From: Gnetum montanum
Taxonomy: Eukaryota > Plantae > Gnetophyta
Assembly (NCBI GenBank): GCA_015680685.1
Contig: MNCI01001305.1
Location: 217,887-281,886 of the forward strand
Length of the DNA stretch: 64,000 bases
Reading direction: 5' to 3'
Part shown: piece after piece, positions 39,360-49,539 of the stretch
Layout: each line of letters starts with the position of its first letter
Numbering within the stretch: the stretch's first letter is position 1
Made by a program: the position numbers and the translations under genes
Notes under the pieces: model-generated
Databases searched by the model: none
The model's input: the letters and a program-made list of their open reading frames with translations, nothing else
Told to the model about the DNA's origin: nothing

Positions 39360-42300
39360 CACCACACTATGGGTCTTCATTTCCATCACCGTCTCTTGTC
39401 CCACTAGGTCTCGCATCTTCATTCAGATTCTACATAAGGTAGAAAATAAAATAGTAAGTCAAACTAAAATCAAGGCTTTTACAAAATAAACCATAGCATG
39501 ATAAAAGGTGACTAACCTGAGATGGCCCCACGTCCATGTCGGGGGTATCTGATCCATGACGGCCACAAGACGTCACAAGATCTCCTCCTCAATGAGATTG
39601 CCCCAATTTCCCCCTCCTAGGTTAGCGCTTGCTACTACCTTCCCCTTTTCCATTGCTATCTGTCTAGGTGGTCCTGGGAAAAAGGTGGCAGTGGTGGTCT
39701 CCCTGATAGGTAGGGTCACCTCCCTTTCAGGAGACTCACTTACCGTCACCTGTTGCATGAATCTCTCATAAGCACTAGACACACCAATAACGTCAAAAAA
39801 TAGCCTAAGGGTATGTGATTTAACAATAGCATCCTAGTACTATTTCCAATAGGTGGCACTTTCCATCTTATACATATCTTTATGGTTCTTCTGTGACTGT
39901 CCCCATTCGTAAATCTTTGTGTTATAGTCTTTCCAGTCTTGGTTCTTCTATGCTAAGAGGTCCATCTGCATGCACTGTTCAATAATTTCACAACTAGCCT
40001 TGTTATTGTTCCGTACGACTATCCAGTATCTGGCATAGTCAATCACAGTCGTATGCCAACTACCATCACGGGTGTCATAGGCTAATAGAAACTTATTCCT
40101 AGATCGAAGATCCTCCACCTCCGCGGTTAGGTTGGTCTTCTCTTTCTCGAGTTTCTATACCCTCTTACATAGGTCTTTATTCACACACCTACACTCCCAT
40201 AAGGAGCGTGCTAAGAACAACGCACATTTACTTGCTTTGTCGTAAATTTGATGAGGTACCTTAGCCACCTCTAGCAGAAGTTTGGGCACAACATCAACCT
40301 TGACGGCCTGTCAGGGATCCCACTTGAGATGGGAGGGTACCATGTATGGAAGAATGTTAGTCACACTCACAAAAGAAAGAAGAAGTAACAACTACAAGAG
40401 CCTAGCATAGCAATTGTACTGTACCGATCTCAAGATCGATCTTCTTTAAGCGATTGATCATATCCTCGACCACCTCCTCCATGAAAGTGAACTTTTCAGG
40501 GGTCTCGGTTCAGGGTCAAAGACGAATTGAGGATGAAGGGTCAGGGGCATCAATAGTGATGTCCGCTACACAATAAAACATGTTAGCCATGGTAGAGAGG
40601 ACAATAATAGAGCTAATGAAAAATGACGTGACAGTGCAAAGCTCCTACCTAACAAACCCTTAGGTGTGATAGTGGGGGGATCACCCATTGAGAAACTGTT
40701 AAGAAAGCAATCAAACTCACTAGTGTCCAATTGCAACCCCTCTCTTTCCAGCTAACCCAAGAGTATGGCAGCATCCTCAACACTCATCTGCCATTTGGGC
40801 ACCGAAGCACATTTTGCAAAGGGGTCATTGGCAGGGGACCCTTCTTCCATAGTCAGGGCCTCTTCCTTCTCCTCTTCAGTAGGCACTCCTACTCTAGGGG
40901 CCAAAATTTCATCCTCTTCTTCTTCTCTTTCTTCTGATAAAGCATAATCATAATTAGCAAGATATTCCAACTTGAAACAGGTGCTACGCTGCATGACGTT
41001 GTATAACGTAGCATAGTGTAATAAGTGTTATGCTAACAAAACTAGTTTAGCATACTTACCAACTGAGGGTTGCACTCTGCAAACTTTGATCCATAGCTTC
41101 TTCCCCCTCTCTTCATTTATGCAGGAAGTCTCTTCAGTAGGAAGAGACCTTTTATGTTGCAGCCTAGTCTTTATAGTCTCTGCAATGAGGCATTCCCCCC
41201 TTAACAAATTGCCTGTGTTGATGGGGCGAACCTCTCTCACACTATCTCAGCCATGAAAGGGGCATGCCACCTGATCCCTCATCATTATTAAAAGCGATTC
41301 CCTGATAGCTTTCGGGGGGTCTTGGGATCGGATGGTCTAAAAAACCTGCCAGATCCATGGCTTCAATATCTGGTTACAATCTTGCAGTACCCAGGCACCA
41401 TTCTCATGAACTACCAGAAATTTTGCAAAGTGTCGTAGGCAAGCTACAAAGAAGGTGTAATGCATATTGAAACAGGACTCAAGCTTCTCGCAAAGCTTGA
41501 CCATTTTAGCACGCAAGCCTTTAGAAAGGTACCAAGACTAGTTATCACAAGTTTCTTCTTCCATAACCTCCCTCATTATCCAAGCCTACTCCATGCCAAG
41601 GATTTTCCCTTGGAAAAGTAGCTTGGGGAAAGCACGTGCACGAAAAATAGGGTAAATCGTTTTGCCCACCGTCAACTTGACCTTGTGGATGTAAATCCCC
41701 TTTTGGTACTTAGCCATCCCCAACCATTCCTCAATGTCCACCTGATGGTTTGCATATTTCTTAGATTTTTTTCCTACAAGGAGACCATTAGAAGGGACAC
41801 CAAAAAGGTTTGCAAATAGTTGGTCATTAATTTCAAATACCACCCATACATTATGAACACGTGTGCGAAAGCGGTCAGCCTTCTCGATGAAGGAATCAGC
41901 TAGGGAGAGCATTTCTGCAGCCAGGATATTCAGATTTATAGCCAGGAATAAGTTCATGAGCTAGCCTCTTGAATGTTATGAACAAGGGTATTTGGGGCCC
42001 TGTGGCAAAGCTAATGCTACTTCTCCTCCACCTCCCCGCACTTGAAGAAGAGGTTGGTATTGTCATGCCTAGAGGTGATCACAATGACCTCTTCTGATTC
42101 CCTATCTACTGCAATAGTTAACAGCAAAAAAAATAGTTAGAAAAAAAATGAAAGTACAACACACATGAATAAATCCATATTCTAACATACTAGGTTTCAA
42201 TGACATAGGAAATGATGGAAATTCCACCAGAACATTTTCTACGGTAATCGGTCGATGCAATGCCCATTCGCTATCCAACTAGCAAACTTCCTTACACCTC

Positions 42301-44256
42301 CCATAGAATTTGGAATACCTAGTTGGATAGGTTCTAAAGTTAAATCCAAGTTGTTCTATGACACTGACATGCACGTTCTCGGTGGAAGAGAACTCCTGTG
42401 GAGCCGTCCGGGCCACCGCCAATGCATCCATATTACCATGAAGACCACCTTTGTCAATGTAAAACCTAGTGACATACAAGAATACTGTAAGCATCTCTAT
42501 CTAGAATAAAACAAATCATACAACATGTTAAAATACCTTTACATGACTTATCCACTGGCATAGTAAACAATTCCAGGTGGGTTTTGAAAGCAAGTGCCCA
42601 TGTGATGGGCAATGTATAACGTGTTGTATAAATGATAGCATTTATACTTAGGCATCTCCCAGATCCAACTTAAGCACCTCAAGCCTCTTAGGCACTGGTT
42701 GGAGCTTTCTAACCCTTCACCCTCAAGCAACTTCAAGATGCCTCAGTTTGCGCCAAGCAACAATGTCTCTATAAGTACAGTGGTTGTTTCAGTTGATAGG
42801 TGTGACCACACGATCATACTAAAATGGCAGAGGAGGAATTGTAGGAAGTCTATGCCCCCTTTTAGAACCATATCACCTGCTGCCCTACACATGCATGGGG
42901 AGGAGGAACTTTGGCCACAGGTTCATTGAGGCAACACAGGACTCCTACAAGTTCAAGGATAATCAAGATAGGCTTCAACATGATCCTGCATAACAAAACA
43001 CCAAATGTTAGAATTGTGTTCAAGTAATAATTACTGATGTAGCATAGCATGACCTTATGTTTACATCTAGAGTAGCGCAATCCTTCGATTACAAATTTTC
43101 TTTTAGAATGAAACAATAAGTCCTTTATAGAATAGAGGCAAACATTGCAAGCTGCGTAACAAAGTGTTACTTGTAGCATAACGTAGCAATCAAGTCCCAC
43201 GCAACGTAACAACAGTGTGTGCATCCCACAGTGTGACAATTACATTGTGCACAGCACAACATAACAGACATGTAGCATAACAGTTATACTTCCACATGCG
43301 GGTAAGAACTATGCTACGCGCAGCATAGAAAAATCAATGCACAGCATGTAACGTAGTAAATGAACAAGCACAAGAAAACATCCAATGATGTAATGAATAG
43401 AATACTGTAACAGGCATTGCAGCATAGCAAATTTGGTAGTATAGTGAATTTAACAATGTAGCAGCATTACAAGTTTGATAGCATAGCAATGTGATAGACT
43501 ACCAATATTATAGCCTAAGGGCCTCATAGCATAGTAGCATAGCGTAACAACAACCATGTTACAGAACTACGCAAATAAAAAAATAAGAGTTCATAGTGTC
43601 CCCATTGTCCCAATCCTACAGCATGAAGTAGCTCATGCTAAACTACACCAAATATGTGTCATTCTGCTACAAAACTTGCCAAGCAAACAAACCCCTCTAA
43701 GAGCGGTACGCTATGTCGAGTGTGTGCTATGTTCCCCAAAATTTCCCAAACCCCTGTGATAACGTAGTAACCATTCTTAACAATGGCGGCCAGGGTGGTA
43801 CTACATGCAGCCATAGCGTAGCACCCATATGGCCTTTGCCGCTAGGTAGTGACAAGCACAGCGTAATGGACAAGGTAGAAACAAAAACAATGGCAATGGT
43901 TGCAAAAGTGACAACAATGACAGTAATGACAATATAACCCCATACATCACCTAAATGCGTTACATAATGGAAACAAGGGTAGCATAGTGACTTACCGAGT
44001 AGATGGAGCCTCCTACTGCACCTCAACACATACCTTAGAGAGGCATCCCAGAGTCTCCTTCACCTCATCTACCTTGGCAAGTCCCCTATGCTTACGTTTG
44101 CCCTTGCACACCATTGCTTTGCTCACGAATCAGTCGTACCAATTGCTACGCTATGTCTGTTTACTCTCTCTCTCTGACATGCTACGCTCTGAGTATGGGC
44201 TCTGGGCTCTGACAATGAAAATGGAAAATTTACTAGGGGGTAATCCCCTATTTATA
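39360..44256 (-). pseudogene. Antisense multi-exon accessory gene of element A (FCP1/NIF-like domain, unknown domain, acidic tract, coiled coil)
   Basis: TATAAATA at 44256-44249. Donors tactcg|gtaagt (~43995), cagttg|gtaagt (~41059) and ctcag|gttagt (~39516); acceptor ttatgcag|gat (42985). Exon translations align with the plus-strand exons of B (53756-58300). Confidence 0.8.
42552..42985 (-). pseudogene. Exon encoding an FCP1/NIF (HAD-superfamily) phosphatase-like domain, element A
   Basis: PILIILELVGVLC...VIWF*KG..DFLQFLLCHFSMIVWS...LRCLSWIWEMPKYKCYHLYNTLYIAHHMGTCFQNP follows the NIF pattern LLVLDLNG.L...KRP...FL.F....F.V.VWS...LK.L..LW......Y...NTLL.DD......NP. Confidence 0.7.
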
Positions 44257-44399
44257 ATTGATGCAGTAGAAACAAACTTGTAATTTTCATATCCTAAGTA
44301 ACGTGGGAAACCCCCATAGTGTAACACTACTATAATAAAGTCCCACTACAGCGTAACACTCGTCGGTGGCATAGTGGGCCCATCAAATTTCAAACTTGT

Positions 44400-44820
44400 T
44401 AATAGTCTGCTAAGACCTTAAATTGGCAACCCTGGTTTACAAAATATTACATAGTGTCAGTCCCCAAAGATGTTAAACTAGCAATGTTAACCCATAGTCT
44501 AGCCTAGTGACAGTCCACAAATATCTTAAACTAGGAACGTTAGCTTCTCTCACCCCACCATGGTCTACAAAGAATGTTAAGCTATAATATAGCCCAATAA
44601 CGGTCCACAAAGATCTTAAACCAGCAATTTTAACCTATAGTGAAGTCCATATGATGGTCCTCCATGACCTTAAACTAGCAATCTTAACATTCATTTCATT
44701 TCACATTTTAGACCCATTGACGGTCCACCATGACGTTAAACTAGCAAATTTTAGCATTCATTTTACGTTCCAAAATAAACTATTACACTATTGTGGTCTG
44801 CTAAGACCTTAAATTGATAA
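44400..44820 (+). repeat. Degenerate tandem repeats (GGTCCRCNAAGAYNTTAAACTAGCAA) upstream of the pol acceptor
   Basis: About 8 copies of the yttaaactagcaa core. Confidence 0.75.
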
Positions 44821-44903
44821 TTATATTATGTCACATCATTGCATTACATGTGGTTGCTTCAAACAGGTATCACTTGACTTGGTTTATTTGCTTGTTGTGA
44901 CAG

Positions 44904-46526
44904 GTCCACTCAAAAAATGGTTATGCATGGTGAGCTTTCTTAGCCTTTGATCCTAACAAGTCCCTATGGCAAGTTAACAAGATGCCTAAATTCAAAATTA
45001 ATAGACTTTGAGTTATCTTCTCACAATACCATAGTGTCACTGGAAACATCCCTAGACTAGCCTGAACATCTGGTCCAAGCCTTAGACCTAGAGGTTGGGG
45101 ATGTGACTAAGGACCCTCTCACTGAAATTCCCATAACTACCACTAGGGGTGAAGCAAAGACCCTGAAGGTTAGCTCTTTATTACATCCACAAGTACACCA
45201 AAACATCTCCAAGGTTCTCCATGACAATATTAAAGTGTTTGCATGGTCATACGACAACATACCGGGCCTTAACCTGCGGCTCATACAACACAACATTATA
45301 CTAGATTCACATGTCAGGGCAGTCAAGCAAAGGCTCGTAAGATCAAATCAAAAATTGCACTAGCAATACGCGATGAGATCACCAAACTTTACCAAGCTGA
45401 TTTCATCTGGGCAGTTGATTACTTAGAATGGGTATCAAACATTGTTGTAGTTTCTAAGAAAATGGGAGGTATATGAATTTGTATAGACTTTCAAGACTTG
45501 AATAAATCAATGATTAAAGATGATTTCCCATTACCAAGTATCAATCAACTTATAGACACTATGGCTGGTCATGCCTTACTGTCCTTCATGGATGGGTTTT
45601 CAGGCTATAACCAGATCCGCATAAACCCAGAGCATCAGCTGTCAACCACTTTCATGACCCCTTGGGAAACCTTTTGTTATATAATGATGCCCTTTGGACT
45701 CAAAAATGCTGGAGCAACCTACCAACGAGCGATGAATTATATTTTTAGTGACTACCTTTTGTAGAGATTAGACGATTACATGGATGACATAGCAATCAAG
45801 TCTAAGGAAGCTATCGTCTTCCCAATGATCTCAACATAGTCCTCCAACATTGCCGGAGGCATAACCTACACATTAACCCTAAGAAATGTGTTTTCAAAGT
45901 TAAAATCAGATGCATGCTAGGTTTTGTACTATCAAAAACACACATATGAGTGGACCCTGATAAAGTGAGGGCCATCGTTAACTTAGCACCACCTACAAAC
46001 CTCAAAGAGTTGCCTGGGTTGCAAGGCAGAGAACAGTTTATCAGAAGGTTTATGTCGAAGTTCACAAACAAGCTACACCCCATGCAACACCTAATTAAAA
46101 AGGGGATCAACTTTGAGTGGACAGATCTATGTCAACAAGCCTTTGATAACTTAAAAAAGAGCTTTTGCACCTCCCAACTATTTACCCACCATAGAGGGAT
46201 AAGAATTTCTACATCTACCTTACCACTTTGAACACATCTATTGCTACGTTGCTATGCCAAAAAAGGAATGACGGGTCCAAAATCCTAGTCCACTACTTGA
46301 GCCATGCACATGTAGCTTATGAGGCAAAGTACAATGAGGTAGAAAAATATTATCTCACTCTAGTATTTTTGCTAAAAAAGTGGAGACATTACCTATTCCC
46401 TAGCAAGGTCAACATCATACACAAAAGCAACATACTTCGGGTTATTACAAAAAACTTGTACAAGAGTAGTAGGATAGCCCAATGGAAAGAAATAACGATG
46501 GAATTCGATTTACATTATGTAACCCA
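44904..46526 (+). pseudogene. pol: Degenerate pol (RT and RNase H) of element A, truncated by insertion of B
   Basis: Motifs seen: VFAWSY, EWVSNIVVV, LLSFMDGFSGYNQI, MPFGLKNAGATYQRAM, YMDD, FEWTDLCQQAFD and YNEVEKYYLTLVF. Stops and frameshifts are present. Confidence 0.95.
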
Positions 46527-48268
46527 TGTAGCAATCGAAAACGTTGGTGGCTGGAAGAACATCAGGGTCGGCGGACGCGATAGTTCCAACCCCGTATCCG
46601 CGGGAGGGCGATGCTGGGTGTGTGCGAACACGGGGTGCCCTAAACGGTCTGGTCAATCAGACAGGGACTTACGTTGACGTCAATATCGCCTTTGCAACGT
46701 AAATAACGTGAAATGTGAGATAATTCTTACAAGTAAATAAAGTAGGAGAAAAAATGTGAAAGTGCAATAGTAATACGAAATAATGCTTAAAGATGAACAA
46801 AACAGAAAATAATGCAAAGAAACAAGATAGAAAATGGAGGATAAAGTAGAGTATGCTTAGAAACATGCACCCCTCCAAAGCTACAAACTCATCCGATCAG
46901 GATGGATACAATCAGCTACACAGTGTGACAGAGTGCAGAGGTCCCGAGAGAAACCGAGGTGTGCCGAAAAAAGGAAAGAGCTATGTGCTTGGACACGGAC
47001 TTCACGTACAAATAATGCAGGGCTCTACCAAGGTGGTAGAACAGAGATGAGGATCTTATGCCAGCTGAAAGAGACTCTCTATTTCTAATGTTAGACAGAT
47101 AACTTTTCTTATTACAATGTTGGCCAGGGGGAAATCTTTGTTTCAGAATTTCAAAGTCCCCACTACTTGGAAGCTGCTTGCTCCCAGAAGATGCGAACTC
47201 TTTTGAAATTGCCAACTTTACAATTTGCTAACTTTTCCAAATTATGGGTTTCTTTTTTAGTAAAACATCGTGGACCGTTATATGCTGTTTGCCAGGATAT
47301 TTATAGGGCTCAAGGTAAGCAAAAAAAAAGGTAGTTTCAATGCTACGCGCTGCAAGCTTGTGCTATCTCACTGGTGCTACTCAAGCCATCTGTGACTGTT
47401 GGGCTTACAAGACCATTGTGATGCAAATCTGCCATGCAATAACTGCGATCCTACCATGCCGTCATCGTGCCGTCAGCATCTGGAGACGTGTGCCAACAGT
47501 CCGATTAGGTGGAGTGCATTGATGTCATGCAACCACCTCCTTACCTTGTTGTGCTTTGTGATGTAGCATGCTCAGCATAGTGTAGCACCTTGTTGTGTGT
47601 TCTGCTATTTGTTACATGCTTGCTACGATATGCTATGCTACATAGCGTAGCGTAGCGTAGCAACTTTCCTTAGTCACAAGATTTTTGTCGATTTGCAAAC
47701 CATTCTTCTACGTTGCAAGTTTTGCGAACTTTGTCGAATTCACCTTTTGAACTGCCTTTTGTCTCTTCCACAGGATTGCTATGCCTTGCTGTGCCATGTA
47801 GCTTAACGTAGCGTAGCAGCAGACAGAGTCTGCCACTTCCTAACGAAAAAAGGACATCACCGTAGAACTCGAAATTGGGCGAGGGGAGTGGGTAGTGAAG
47901 TTTTTGGCATGCTACGTTGTGTGACATCACGTAGTGTAGCACTTCATTCTGCCATCTTCTTCTGAAGCTTGCTACACTACATAGCGTAGCAGGCTTCGTG
48001 ACTTAGAAAACTTGCCGAACTGTTTCTTGCGCATCCAGGAGGATGCCGTCGATTCAGCACGCTGTTCCTGAGCAGGCTACCAACTGTTTAGGCTACTTTG
48101 GTGGGTGGGCAGGATGGTATAGAACCTATCCATGCTCAAAGTAGAAAATTTGCTGAACTGGCCGACCTGGACTCAAAATGTTCTTCTCCCGATGAACTGC
48201 CATCATGCTGTGCAGACTGCCAGATCCTGGTGAGGCCAAGATCATCCCATGTTTTTTAGGATGTTTCA
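46527..48268 (-). repeat. 3' LTR of element B (~1740 bp)
   Basis: It follows the PPT AAAGAGGGGCCAA, starts TGAAACA and ends GCTACA. Bases 46527-47050 align colinearly with 63475-64000, and TATAAATA lies at 47305-47298. Confidence 0.92.
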
Positions 48269-49259
48269 TTGGCCCCTCTTTGTCGATGTCTGGAGAATAG
48301 GCTCGATGAACGTCGGGAAAGAATACGAAACACCGTAGTAGGCAAAATGCAAAAGTTGTTGCTTGGTGAGTACTGGGACGTCGCTTGGCCGTGCTTGAGA
48401 ATGTTGCATTGCTTTTGTGAAGGTTAAGGCAGAGAGCAAAGATGATGTTTAGCTGAGTCCCTTGTTGGAGTGCTCTGAGGGGCTCATTTGAATTTTCATC
48501 TTTGGCTGGCGTTGTTCTTCAACCTCCTATAAGCAGGTGTCCCCTCCGTAGGATGAGTTGTGTTAAATCCATGGAGGGTTCTAACTTGCCTACTGCAGTC
48601 TTCAGCACGGCAAGTTGTGTTACGCGTGTGCCAGAATTTGCACTCTCAAATAGCCATGTTAGTCGAGGCACTCGCTTCGCAATGCTATAGCTTTTGCTGT
48701 TGTAACGGGATGTGTCTGCGAGTACGAGGTCTTTCTGGCTATTGGCATTGTTGTTACTCTTGGGCACCATTGTTGGTGTGAGATGCCCAAAGCAAGGAGG
48801 CTAGCAGCGGTCTTGGCAATACCAATCGCAGGGGAGCTGGTCCCCAAGGCACCGGGGACATAGATGCACTGGAATCCCCGCCAAAGGAATGCATGCTCAC
48901 TTCAGCTATAAGATCAGCTACCACATAGTTGAACATTGCATGAGCCAAAACCCTGGTGGGGACTAAAGAGCAACAATATTATGGCTAGGCCACAATATTG
49001 TCAGCACCTCAGAAGCAGAAATGAGCCCAGGAACTACCATTAGGGCGATGGGTCGTGGCGACGGTAGGTTCAAAGGGCCCGTATCACATCATACGACGTC
49101 TTCAAAGGGTTAGCATGACACCAAGGGTGGCGGCACGTATGCCCCGGACTGTGTTCTCTTTGCGTCGAGAACTGTGTCTTGGAGCTGCGATGTCCCACCC
49201 ACACGTCAGTTTCATGCTCCTTCGTTCAACGTGTATCTGGTGGTGGTGCATGTTGATGG

Positions 49260-49525
49260 TGCGACGCGAACCCAGTTTAAGGTCTTGGTAGACCGTGTGC
49301 TAGTTTAAGGTCCCAAGGGACCGCTGTGCTAGTTTAAGGTCCCAGCAGACTATACATGCCAATTTTACGTCGTAGTGGACATGCAATGCCAGTTTATAGT
49401 CATAGTGAACTAACAGTGCCAGTTTTACACCATGGCGGGCAGTGCTTGGTGCTGCTAGTTTATCATCATTGTGGACACTACCTGGTGCGACTGCCAGTTT
49501 ATCGTCGTAGCGGACGGTGCTTGTT
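49260..49525 (-). repeat. ~29-36 bp tandem repeat in the 3' UTR of B, immediately after the integrase stop
   Basis: About 8 units of gctagtttaaggtc...gac. It also gives the repetitive ORF 49300-49533. Confidence 0.85.
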
Positions 49526-49539
49526 GTTGCCATTGCACT

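Larger units (their letters stand above)
32709..46526 (+). mobile_element. Element A: Tat-clade Ty3/Gypsy retrotransposon (5' LTR, PBS, gag-PR, ~6 kb spacer with antisense gene, RT-RH), interrupted by element B
   Basis: It has LTR TGAAACACC...TTACA, a PBS, and gag, protease, RT and RH motifs. The pol frame stops at MEFDLHYVT exactly where the B LTR begins. Confidence 0.92.

Noticed and set aside
39360-44256. Intron-containing gene as a host gene into which TEs inserted
   Set aside because: Homologs occupy the same position and orientation inside three separate elements (A, B, C) and share the same decay pattern as gag and pol.
46669-46878. Hydrophobic ORF, repeated at 63546-63815, as a membrane protein
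   Set aside because: It is the translation of the T-rich U5 region of the two B LTRs.
48345-49260. Short ORFs in the B 3' UTR as an env-like or Retand-type extra ORF
   Set aside because: They are only 60-83 aa ORFs on both strands, with no recognisable motif and no second copy in the window to test conservation.
49300-49533. Repetitive peptide ORF (HYDxKLA repeats); likewise 38810-39137
   Set aside because: By-product of the DNA tandem repeats, whose unit lengths are not consistently multiples of 3.
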